Of a DNA stretch of 55,268 nucleotides, positions 1 through 11,904 are shown in pieces; within the stretch, counting starts at the first letter, position 1, and each line of letters opens with the position of its first letter. A program made the position numbers and the translations under genes. This DNA is from Octopus bimaculoides (lineage: Eukaryota): contig NC_068985.1 of NCBI RefSeq assembly GCF_001194135.2, forward strand, positions 11,144,509 to 11,199,776. The letters are read 5' to 3'. The notes below the pieces were generated by a model. It ran no database searches. It had not been told where the DNA came from and saw only the letters and a program-made list of their open reading frames with translations.

Positions 1-2
1 AC

Positions 3-612
3 AATGAAAGTCAGTTGGTCAGCCTGTTTAGGAGAACGTTCGGGCCGGGGTATCTGGATAATTACCAGAAATCCCTGGCTTGGCAATGTTTCCGAGCGGC
101 GTTACCTGTTCGCGACAAGCTGTGAAGGCACGGAAGTGCCGTCTCGCCGACATGCCCGAGATGTGGGCAGGATAGGGAAACCGTCTTGCACGCATTTGTG
201 GAGTGTTCTGAGTTGTCGGGACTGATAGCCTTTGCAGAACAACTGTTGTCAGTGATAGGAAGAGTACAGCTATCAGCTGAGTCTATCATCGAGACTGTAC
301 CACCTCCTTTCCTTAACAGGGAAAGGAAGGTCTGTTTTTTCAGCGTAGTAGCCATACTGAAAGAAACAGTATGGAAGACGCGTGTGAAAGGCATAGTGAC
401 AGGTACCTTTGTCTCCGGCCAGGGGTTGGTTAACTTTTTTAGTTACCANNNNNNNNNNAGGTACCTTTGTCTCCGGCCAGGGGTTGGTTAACTTTTTTAG
501 TTACCACCTCAGTAGTAAGATCAGGCTGGAGAGAAAGTGCCTGTCACGGGATATGTTTAAGAATAGATGGGAGTCTGTGGAACGCAAGCTGAGTGAGAGT
601 GGCACCAAATAA
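3..612 (+). pseudogene. LINE ORF2 C-terminal fragment (zf-RVT/CCHC region), disrupted
   Basis: One in-frame TGA at 123-125. The frame break at 449-458 comes from a 48-bp sequence duplicated across a 10-N gap. Confidence 0.8.
401..506. other. Assembly artefact: 48-bp sequence duplicated across a 10-N gap
   Basis: 401-448 equals 459-506. The same pattern occurs at 54747-54782 and 54793-54828. Confidence 0.9.
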
Positions 613-877
613 GTGAGGTCAATCAGGGAAGCAAAGTTTCTACCAGGTTGGTCGGGTGCCTTCCCTCTAGCTGCCTCATTGCGAAGCGCAATGATTTCTT
701 GTGTAATGTTTTAAAATTAATTTTTAAATCAATTTTTTATCATATTTTAATTTTAATTTATTCGTAACTGGTAAAATTTAAAAAAAAACGTTTAAGCTTC
801 ACCCCCTTATGTTTGTCTGTCCTTGTTTGTCCCCTCTTTGTAACGCCTCCAATGGCGAATTTATATGAAATAAAGAA

Positions 878-1015
878 GCTTGCTTACCGACCACATAGTT
901 CCGGGTTCAGTCCCACTGCGTGGCACCTTGGGCAAGTGTCTTCTACTATAGCCTCGGACCGACCAAAGCCTTGTGAGTGGATTTGGTAGACGGAAACTGA
1001 AAGAAGCCCGTCGTA

Positions 1016-1112
<97 letters not shown>

Positions 1113-1320
1113 TTGTCTGTGTTTGTCCACCCCAACATCGCAACATCGCTTGACAACTGATGCTGGTGTGTTTACGTCCCCGTAACTTAGCGGTTCGGCA
1201 AAAGAGATCGATAGAATAAGTACTAGGCTTACAAAGAATAAGTCCTGGGGTCGATTTGTTCGACTAAAGACGGTGCTCCAGCATGGCCGCAGTCAAATGA
1301 CTGAAATAAGTAAAAGAGTA
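878..1320 (+). mobile_element. SINE family A copy (tRNA-like head, internal (TA)n(GT)n, GAATAAAA-type tail), slightly 5'-truncated
   Basis: Collinear with the copies at 3775, 7539, 15601, 19735 and 20629. B-box-like GGTTCAGTCCC is present in the head. Confidence 0.9.
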
Positions 1321-3736
1321 TGCGTTTTACAATTATTGACAAGAGGTGTTCCAAAAGGATTTAAATGCTCAACCACAACAAATAATCTACGTGGCAAATA
1401 CCTTTGTTTATATATTAACCATACTTTTGTTCCTTCCTTGTTTATGCTGTACTTAATCTTCATACTGTGTGCATCATTGTAATATTTTCTAGAATTATTG
1501 AGCTTTCATGCGTGTTATTTTACTTCCATCACTGTACAGGACATCTATCGGGTATTCAAATTCACGCTTCTACAGGACTGAATTCGGTTGTGGAATCCTA
1601 TCTTCTATACCGTTTTATTGCATATTTAATGTAGTTTATTCAATTGTTAACACGTAAGCGTAAGTATAATAGCTAAACTCTGTTACATCACTGGATATCA
1701 ACTGAGTATTATTTGTTCAATCCATTTGTATACCGCCTTTAGGATCTTTTAAGTTACATTGTTCTTCAAGAGAAAGCTTTCTTAAAGCGCTCTCGGCTAA
1801 TCATCTATGCTAACTCACCTTTCGTATGCTTTTACTTAAGAAGTTGAGATGTTGATAATATGTACCATTGACATCATGTTCAGCCAGCATGGAATATGGT
1901 TGAATTCTAAGAGCAATATAAATCACAAAGCTAGACGCAGATGAAATCTGACTACGCTAGCTTTCAAAATGGCTGGAACTAAAAGCATTTCAATATTAAC
2001 AGTTTTATTGTTAAGTTGATCGGCAGCATTTATATTACTATTATTATATATTACAATTATTATAAATAGTATCTTCATCTCTATTATTAAAATGTCTGCT
2101 ATCTTTTACGGCATTACTAAAATTGCAACTCTTATTCTTTCCATATTCGATTTATAGCTTCGTCAACAAATGCACTTGTTGTTCTGTTTTTGTTCGCATC
2201 GTTGGATATAACTTTAGCATATATAATTATAGTTAAATGTATAAATGGAAAGTGAAGTCTGGTAGGAACGTTAGTCTATCCTCTGTCTAATTGTTATATA
2301 GTTTGTCATTACACAACACCTTTCTTACACTCTGTCTGTCCGTCTGTCTCTCTGTCTCTGTTTCTTTCTTTCTCCCTCTCTCTCTCTCTCGTATGCCTAA
2401 CCTCTGCGAACGGCTTTTGGAACGACGCTGGTGACAGTGGTTTTACCAAGATTTAGTATTTACAGAAAACAAATGCACTTCCGAGAGTCGTTTTGTGCTT
2501 TGACTTGAGGGGCTTGTTGGGAATAAATAAAAGATGTGGTGTCTCCATAGGTTTTAAGAAGTTTGAGGAAATGCGCAATGATAACTATTCAATTTTGTGT
2601 TCTGCATTTCAAGTAACTGTGAAGAGTATTCAGCTAAAACCAAACAAACATTCACAATTCTTCCGGAAAAAAAAGAAAAGAAAAGCCGTTGGAAAACAGT
2701 TGATAGCAGAGACTCCATCTAAGAAGATATGAACAAGGAATTGTATTCCGAAATATCATCGGACTATGGATAACTAAATTACAACAAGTATATAGTCCTT
2801 TTTTTTTTTTGCATTATAGCGCATTGTTGTACCATTCAACACTTTTATTCTTTACAAACAATACACAATGTTTCAAGCGAACTACAATACTCTCTTATTT
2901 ACAATTCTGCTAGTCTGCCACAAACCTTAAGAGGAACAACCTTACCGTTCTCTTGTAGTGGGAGTGGAATATATATATTTATATTTTTTGTAATACGTCA
3001 ATGATTCACAGAAGTGAAATTATAAAATGTTAAAAAAAATAACTCAGTTTTCATTTTACATTTCCTTACCATTACAACGTTTTCTGAGAATCAGGTCTAG
3101 ACGCAGAAAATCCTCAACGTAGCTCGGGACAATTATTCATTTTCAGAAAAAAGAAAAGATATTTCAGTCGCTGAGTGATGTCTACAATTGAGCAGTGCAA
3201 GTACAGACTGGACAGCATTAAGTGAAGGACAGCAACTCAGTTGCTTTATCTCACGAACGGACACGCTCCATGACAACTCTGATTGTGCGATATATAAATG
3301 TACTTGGCCTTGAGTCACTCCGAAAGAGGGTCGCCTGCTCATTCGCCTCAGTACATCTAACACATACGCAGTAGCACTCAATTTTGGCGACTTCGAAATT
3401 TTCGCATCACTTACTCCGCACAGAATGAAGGTTTGATAACGGTGCTGTTTCAGAATGGCCAGAGCTTCGAGATTCAATCGATCTTCCTAGACACGGACGT
3501 TAAGAGGTGGTGGTGCACAAAATCACAATTGAATTATATGAGCCTACTGACAAAAATATTGGTTTTCTAATAAAAATTAATAAAATGGTACTTAAATATA
3601 GAACAGCTTCAATGAACTTGATGAGGACTAATTGTAGGATGTCTAGACAATGTAAAATCCCTGTCAGCATAAAAATATTTTTATTTTTAAAATAACTGTT
3701 GTGGTAGATAAAAGTATGATAAAAAAATTAACATAA

Positions 3737-3774
<38 letters not shown>

Positions 3775-3778
<4 letters not shown>

Positions 3779-4180
3779 TTTTATTCTTTTATTCTTTGAC
3801 TGCGGCCATGCTGGAGCACTGCCTTTAGTCGAGCAAATCGACCCCAGGACTTATTCTTTGGAAGCCTAGTATTTATTCTATAGTTCTCTTTTGCAGAACC
3901 GCTGAGTTACGGGGACGTAAACACACCAGCATCGGTTGTCAAGTGATGTTGGGGGGACAAACACAGACACACAAATATATACACACACAAATATATATAT
4001 ATACATACATATATACGACGGGCTTCTTTCAGTTTCCGTCTACCAAATCCACTCACAAGGCTTTGGTCGGCCCGAGGCTATAGTAGAAGACACTTGCCCA
4101 AGATGCCATGCAGTGGGACTGAACCTAGAACCATGTGGTTGGTAAGCAAGCTACTTACCACACAGCCACTCCTGCGCCTA
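3775..4180 (-). mobile_element. SINE family A, near full length
   Basis: Reverse complement begins AGGCGCAGGAGTGGCTGTGTGGTAAG (A-box-like). The tail (GAATAAAA)n abuts a (TA)n array. Confidence 0.92.
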
Positions 4181-4942
4181 TACTGAACTCAGGTATGATA
4201 ACATTTTGTATTGTTTTAGAATGTTCTTAGAATGCTTTGAAAGGAGAATTTACCTCCAAAGTTAGTTACCCCAGCGAAGATATTTCCACATGTAAGTGAA
4301 AACGAACCTGTTAAATATAAACGTACACAGATTTATTTTAATCGTCTCTGCTTAGTGTACGCCTCAATAAATTCTTTGAAAAAAATATGATGAACTGATA
4401 ATGTTTGCTATACATTTCAACAATCCTCTGCAATAAATGTGAAAAAAATCAGGAAATATAGACAAAATGAAGCCCGGGAATGATGAGAGGAAGAAATAAT
4501 GAATTAATAAAAGAAATAGAGTTCAGAAAAATGATAGTTTAACGCTCACAGAGTTTAACGCTCACAGAAATGTAGAAGGTGTTGCGTATTTCATACACTC
4601 AGCTTTCTGCTTTTGGCGATAAAGTATAATATAATATCAGATATTCTGCAATGTCTGGCCATAAAATGTACACCAGACACTATTCACTGTGTCTAACATT
4701 ACAAATTATTTTCTGGAGGTATTAAATATGTCTGGCTATACGTGTGAGCATATAAACATGCTGGCTGATATGAATTATATATAGCTACATTATATAAAGC
4801 TGGAAATATATATTGAAAGCTAAACTGGGCGAAGCATCCAAGTCACTATCAATATTATTCTTGTTTAAGAATGATTAATTTGTGCTCGACAAAAGTGTAG
4901 AGCAACCTATGAGATTGATGTAAAATTGTCTTGTTATAACTG

Positions 4943-5006
<64 letters not shown>

Positions 5007-6249
5007 CACAAAGAGGAAAAAAGTACGCTACGTTTTGAAACATGAAATTCGTTACAATATACTTGAACAATGCAGAAGTGTTCTTCATCAGATTAAGTTC
5101 CATTACAATCAATACAATTTTGCCAACGAGTTACGAGCATGTTTAACTTATCTGAAGTTCTGGAACTGATGAACTCTTTGAACATCTTTTTGAGCATCGG
5201 TTTGATTTTTGAATTCCTTCTCTCGCAGGAAACCATCAAGATGCTTGAAAACGTGGGAGTCGGTAGGAGAAAGGTCGAGGAAATAAGCCAGGTGGGGAAG
5301 AACTTCGTAGCCAAGTTCTCAACTTCTGGAGCGTCATTAGTGAAAAGTGTGGTCGAATATTGTCATGAAAAATGATTGGCCCTCTTCTGTTGACCAGTCT
5401 GGGACGGAGGCGTACCACGTTCATTTTGGCAATTTCATGACAATATGTTTCTGCAGTAATGGTTTTTCCGGGTTTTAAGCAGTACAGCACCAAATACACA
5501 CCATAACCTACGTTTAGAAAGCTCGGGTTTAGGGAAGGTTTTCGGTGCTTCATTTTGGTCCAACCATTGCGTTGAACGTTTTTTTTATTATTGTACAGAA
5601 TCCTCTTTTCATTGCAAGTTACGATACGGTCGAGAAATGGATCGGTCTGGTCACGGAGAAGAGGCGATGAGCAAATTTCATATCTGCACATTTTCTGATT
5701 TTCATTCAAATCGTGTGGTACCCATTTGTCGAGCTTTTTTGATTTTACGATCGCATGCAAATGGTTGCTAGCAGTTTTCTGGCTAACTTGACGTTCTTCT
5801 GCCAGTTCTCGAGTGGTTTTACGTGGATCTTTCTCAATAACTGTCTTTAATTTACCATCATGAATGACAAATTGGCATCCAATACGCTCACGAACTTCAA
5901 GGCTCAGGTCTCCACTGCGAAATCGTTTAAACCATTTTCGAGCTGACCACTCACTGGTCATTTCCTTACCAAACGTTCCATTGATATCGCGAGCAGTTTC
6001 AGCTGCTTTTTAAAAGTTATTTTAAGTACTTTTTTTTAAGTTGCATAGCAAAATTGATCGAATGTCGCGCTTTGACACTTCCATTTCAGATGATTGTAAC
6101 AATAGTGAAAAATATCAATGTTAATTTAATGATGCATTTGGGTAAGCCTATATCTGTATTAACAGACACTTGCAAAAAAAAAATAAATGCTTTAAAAAAT
6201 TCAAAATTCTGCAAAAATTCGGTACAAATTCTTCATGGTCTAAAACGTT
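5007..6249 (-). mobile_element. Decayed mariner DNA transposon (Hsmar1/cecropia-like)
   Basis: Contains a transposase remnant. A degenerate TIR-like stretch lies at 5007-5036. The matching AAAACGT at 6242-6248 runs into the N gap. Confidence 0.85.
5090..6084 (-). pseudogene. Mariner D,D34D transposase pseudogene
   Basis: Starts MEVSKRDIRSILL (ATG at 6084). Motifs WFKRF, WVPHDL, IVTCNEK (first catalytic D changed to N), HDNIRPH and, after a frameshift, PHLAYFLDLSPTDSHVF (YSPDLAPSD homolog). Ends RWQNCIDCNGT. Several frameshifts. Confidence 0.92.
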
Positions 6250-6534
6250 NNNNNNNNNNNNNNNNNNNNNNNNNNNNNNNNNNNNNNNNNNNNNNNNNNN
6301 NNNNNNNNNNNNNNNNNNNNNNNNNNNNNNNNNNNNNNNNNNNNNNNNNNNNNNNNNNNNNNNNNNNNNNNNNNNNNNNNNNNNNNNNNNNNNNNNNNNN
6401 NNNNNNNNNNNNNNNNNNNNNNNNNNNNNNNNNNNNNNNNNNNNNNNNNNNNNNNNNNNNNNNNNNNNNNNNNNNNNNNNNNNNATATATATAGCAAAAT
6501 AAAGGGTGGCCTATTAGCAATTTGAACCTAAAGA

Positions 6535-6893
6535 CAAAATCAATAAGAGTCAAAAAAGTGACAGATTGTGCTGACTAGCACCAGCTAATGCTAGAAACAA
6601 GAGTTAGAATAACTCAAAAGCCAAGAAGCATTGTACATTACGACTGACAAAGGGAGGTAAGTCCACGCCGCATATAGCCGGATCGATTGACAGGTAATTG
6701 AATTTAACCCTAGGTGCTATGCATCAAAATGCGAAATCGTTCGATCCGACTCCATACGCTGGGGACTTACTTCCCTTTATCAGTCATTAAGTAGAAATCT
6801 TTGTGGCTCTTGATTTATTTTAACTATTGTTTCTAGCAATAGCTGGTACTGGTCAGTACACTCCATCGCTTTTGTGACCTCTATTAATTTTAC
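6535..6893. mobile_element. Foldback/MITE-like palindromic element with about 150-bp imperfect arms
   Basis: Left arm ...GCTGACTAGCACCAGCTAATGCTAGAAACAAGAGTTAGAATAACTCAAAAGCCA...GGAGGTAAGTCC aligns to the reverse complement of 6763-6873 (ACTGACCAGTACCAGCTATTGCTAGAAACAATAGTTAAAATAAATCAAGAGCCA...GGAAGTAAGTCC). Confidence 0.75.
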
Positions 6894-6930
<37 letters not shown>

Positions 6931-7538
6931 ACGTATCCCTGGCAATATAAATTTTTTTGTCGTTCTAAATTGTATATGTCCGTCTAAAGTATATTAATTT
7001 TAGTGATACATGGATGTGTTTGACACTGTATAACCGTAGAAGAATAAATGACAAACTTGGGATTTTAAATCACTACGTAAAGACCAGCAACAGTTATTGA
7101 AGGTTGATTTGTGAAACGCTATACGTGTTCAGCCAATGAAAAACCCTTTCAATAATAACTGTTTGCATACAAGTTGAAAGCCAGTATCTTTCTGCGGCAG
7201 ATTTGGTCGCGTAAGCCGACCCCAGTATTTCACTGTATATTTTCAATCATTAAATTTTGAAAGACAAAATAAACTTCAGAAGAGCTTGGCATGAGGCTGT
7301 AAAGATCTGTAACAAAGAGCGAAAGTCAAACTTTAAATAATAAAACTAAATGTCTGCTATTAATGATGTATATTAAGAAGTATAAATATATTTCTGCTAT
7401 AAAGTATATTTTTGCATGATATTACAGCTTTTTTCTAGAATTATATTTAATTGAAGCCAAATCTTAGCAACAACATTAATCTGTAGGGAAGGATAAACAA
7501 GTGTATTGTTAACAATCATATTTGAATTATTGACATAT

Positions 7539-7957
7539 AGACGCAGGAGTAGCTGTGTGGTAACTAGCTTGCTTATCAACCACATGGTTCCGGGTTCATT
7601 CCCACTGCGTGGCACTTTGGGCACGTGTCTTCTACTATAGCCTCGGGCCGACCAAAGCCTTGTGAGTGGATTTGGTAGACGGAAACTGAAAGAAGCCTGT
7701 CGTATATATGTATATACATATATATATATATATGTATGTCTGTGTTTGTCTTCCAACATCGCTTGACAACCGATGCCGGTGTGTTTACGTCCCCGTAACT
7801 TAGCGGTTTGGGCGAAAAGAGATACCGATAGAATAAGTACTAGGCTTAACAAAGAATAAGTCCTGGGGTCGATTTGCTCGACTAAAATGGCGGTGCTCCT
7901 GCATGGCCGCAGTCAAAATGACTGAAACAAGTAAAAGAATAAAAGAATAAAAGAATA
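7539..7957 (+). mobile_element. SINE family A, full length
   Basis: Head AGACGCAGGAGTAGCTGTGTGGTAAC, B-box-like GGTTCATTCCC, tail (AAAAGAAT)3. Confidence 0.92.
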
Positions 7958-10087
7958 TAAATTACGTCAGTGAGAAGTGTGAAGTTTGTCATTGAGGGTG
8001 ACATAAATCTGCCAGTGCGACGCACTCTAAGTAAAAAGAGATCTTAATCAATAACAATATGGCGAGTGTGAAGATGATGATCTAAACTAATAATTTAACA
8101 TCGATTTCATGCATGAACTCTGTTAGAAGTAGCAAACACGCCAGTAATCTAGTTGTCTCAATACAAAACTCCACACTCGTTAAGATTATCTATTTACATA
8201 TTAGCTCAGTCATGATTAAATGAGGTATGGTTGCGTATTAATTTTCCTTTAAAGGTTAAGTGTATTTGGTTCTTCATTCTGAAACTCACAACACACTTTT
8301 CAACGGCACTTCGCGTATTTGTTATTTCCTAATATCTCAAATTCCCTATTTTTCCCAACAATATCTCTCCCAAAGAAATGATTTAAAACAAACTCATGAA
8401 GAGGCATTGAAGTAAGTTGATGAGAACTGTACAAATTTTCAAACTAAATATTGTGAAGTATGAAATAATGGCCTATAATACTTATTTGCATTTTTACAAT
8501 GATTTTTTTTATTATAGTTTTCATTATTTTAAAAGACTGTTAAACCTTTATTTAAATATTACAATCTCTTCGTCTTAAGACTACGGGCTAATCAACATTG
8601 CATTAACTGCATACCTCATTAATACGAAATAAAATTCTATAAAGAATTAGTTGGCATAACTCCCACAAACCGGGGCAGTAATTCCAGTTTAAATAACGTA
8701 TCTACGCAAGGATTTATTATAAGAGCATACATAAAACAATGATGTTTATCCCAGAGAGTATAGAAACTAATTGATGTTTCATAAACCGAACACATTTCAT
8801 TAACGTTACAAATTTTTATGCAAGCTTTTCCAAATAACTACTGCATTCTAAGTAGTTGCATCGTTTTTGAAATATAATCGGAATGTAAACGCTGAATTTT
8901 AAACACAATCAAATGTAAATCACCGCATAAACTGGAAGTGAAATCACCGTTTAATACCAAACTTTGATGGTTAAATTCAAATTTAAATTTATATTTCAGA
9001 AAGTGAATTTATATAATACACAATGGTGATAAACTGCTGGATGCTGAGAAGATCATGTCACTGGTTGAATAGCAACCGATTGAGGCTTGCAATAAGGGCG
9101 AAAATCCGGTTGAAAAATATTGTACCTCGACGAAGGCTATTGACACGACGCTTGCTCACCCAAACTTGGACCAGAGAGTTTAGTAACACACAATCGTAAG
9201 CACACACGGTCAATGAATAACTTTGGTGTGGTCCCTGTATCGTTTTTCGATGTGTTATGAAAATTAACGGTGTCGACGCTGTCACGAGGATAATGTCTAG
9301 CAGAGGCACATCCTTATCGTAGCTAGGATGCATCTGTTATAGTTTTAACCGCTACTCAACAATGCCCATAAATCATTCAGTGTTTAAAACTTACCTCGAA
9401 CCAGCAAGGCTCAGATGAGTTCACAATGGAATACTGTTTCCTCGTGTTGTACGGTGATACTGCTGGACACGTCCTGGGCCACACATAGGGAACCTCTACT
9501 CTACTGGCTCTACTTGTATTAGATCACTATCAGACATACACCAGTCTCCAATCCACAGGAATGGTATATACTATGTCTGTACTTTCTTCCACTACAATAT
9601 TTCAATATTACAAGCATTGTAACTTCTCCGACCAGCCACATATAACTAAATAGTTTCACCTCCAACCGACATATGTATTTTATCCACTCCCACCGTACCC
9701 TTCACCAACCATTCATCGCAATGTTTGCTCCTCGCGGCCAGAATGGTCCTGAAATTCCCCTTGAATGGTCTTCATGTTCTTATCTTTATCGCAAATATTG
9801 ACGCCAACTGTTTAACAGTTTTATTAACACGAATCTCATTGATGTCGGAGTGTCTACAAAGGCCATAAGCAACGACATTCCCTCCACATCCTGCTCGCAA
9901 AAAACAAAAACAAAAAAATGTTAGCTTATATTTTAAGGCGGTATGCAGTTGATTAAAGAGTGATTTGTATGCTATTTCTGCCATTAGATCAGTTACAAGG
10001 AGACTTGCTCTTTTGCTCCACTTCCTCTCTTATTTATATAGGTCAAACATGTTCTTCATACACACACATCATATATAAATTATATTC

Positions 10088-10089
<2 letters not shown>

Positions 10090-10150
<61 letters not shown>

Positions 10151-10504
10151 CACACACACACATTTACACATGTGTACATGTGTATGAACACAGAGACACA
10201 GAGACACACAGACACACATGAATATTTACATATTTATATATATATATTGATTTGTTTTTCAGATTTCTGCGCATAGATATGAGCCATGAATGTGCATGGA
10301 TGTATTTAGGTACTTATGTATGCGTATGCATACATATATATATGGATACACATACATACACACGCGCGCGCGCACGCACGCACACACACAGCACGCGCAC
10401 ACACACACAGCATGCACACACACACAGCACGCACACACACACATACAGAGACACACAGACACACAGACACACACAGACACAGACACACACGCACAAACAC
10501 ACAA

Positions 10505-10595
<91 letters not shown>

Positions 10596-10615
10596 TACAG
10601 ACACACACGCACTCA
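10090..10615. repeat. Compound (TA)n/(CA)n microsatellite
   Basis: Directly visible. It generates the IY/HT/CV low-complexity ORFs. Confidence 0.95.
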
Positions 10616-11532
10616 CAGATACATGCATATATTAATTCACTTACAGAAGTGTAATCCGATTATGTTTATTAAATCAAAAACGCATTTTGTTACTAAAGAA
10701 AATCACATCATATTCATTTCTTAAATTACATTGCCCTTAACAAATTTTATTTCCATTCTAATAAAATTTAATTATTATTTATTTTATCAGCTCATAAATC
10801 GTAATTAAATTTCTAGAAGAAAAAAATTCAGATGCATTACATTAGAAGAAACAAGAATCATATTGGAGCTAAAATTAAAACAATACTTTTCAAACAGACG
10901 TACATTTTCCTTTTTACGAAGCAAGAAGCCTTTAGATATTTTTGATTGTGTAATTTAAGCTGAAGTATGATATTACGTATATTGTTCGGTCTTCGGAATC
11001 TCTAAGTAGTGAGGGAATACCATGTGATTTATTTTCGGGAGAAAAGCATGCTTTTTATTTTATTACGCTTTTAATTTGCTCAGTGTCGACGTAAACGCTG
11101 AAGGTACGGGGCATAGAAAAGAGGGGAACCTCGTCGAGATTAACTAAAAGTTAACTGTTTAAGAAAGAATACAGAAGGGATAGAAATAACAACGCTTTGA
11201 GGGATTGTTATGAAATTAGCGCATGAATTTTGCTGTGTTGCAACGGACAAAATGCAGTTAACGAGTATAACGTAACGTGATTAATTTGTAAGTGATGACG
11301 GTATGAAAACAGCCTAGCTACCACTTAGACGCTATGATGGATTTCATGCCAATAAGTCGCGTAAAGATTTTGCCCTCCAGTTTGAGATGCATCAACGTAT
11401 AACTGCAGCACTGACCCAGGGTAACCAAAATATTTTATTGTAGGTTTAATTCAGCTGTGTCGAGCTTTGTGTGTTGGCGGTTGAATATCAGGCAATTTTC
11501 CTTTTAGGTTGAGTATGTTCGTTTGACATGAA

Positions 11533-11690
11533 GTTGGTGTATGGTAGGAAGTTTGCTTCCTAACCACATGGTTCGGATTCAGTCCCACTGCGTGGCATTT
11601 CGGGTGAACATATTCTAATATAGCCTCAAGTCGATCAATGTTTTGTGAGTGTATTTGGTCGAGGGAAACTGGAAGAAGCCCGTCATATAT
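11533..11690 (+). mobile_element. SINE family A, 5' half, diverged
   Basis: CTAACCACATGGTTCGGATTCAGTCCCACTGCGTGGC...GAAGAAGCCCGTCATATAT aligns to the family A head. Confidence 0.8.
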
Positions 11691-11850
11691 ATGTGAGCGT
11701 GCTTGTATTTGTGTTACCAACTATCGACTGAGACCTAAAATCAAAACAAGATGCTATAATGTCTGCTATGGACAAAAAAACATATAATATTCCTAAACAC
11801 GCATGAACACAGGCACTCTAACACAAGCACACAAACGCGCGCACACACCA

Positions 11851-11904
<54 letters not shown>

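Larger units (their letters stand above)
1..875 (+). mobile_element. 3' end of a Tx1/L1-clade non-LTR retrotransposon (ORF2 C-terminus plus 3' UTR)
   Basis: Frame +3 reads ...KSLAWQCFRAALPVRDKL*RHGSAVSPTCPRCGQDRETVLHAFVEC... This is the W-x-ALP-x-L motif plus the CxxC-x-ET-x-H-x-C zinc knuckle typical of L1/Tx1 ORF2. It continues KETVWKTR...MFKNRW to TAA at 610-612. A T-rich UTR follows, ending near AATAAAG at about 870. Confidence 0.85.

Noticed and set aside
401-506. Tandem duplication within LINE ORF2 (also 54747-54828)
   Set aside because: Identical sequence on both sides of a 10-N gap is an unmerged contig overlap.
4537-4568. 16-bp tandem duplication AGTTTAACGCTCACAG
   Set aside because: An ordinary local slippage duplication.
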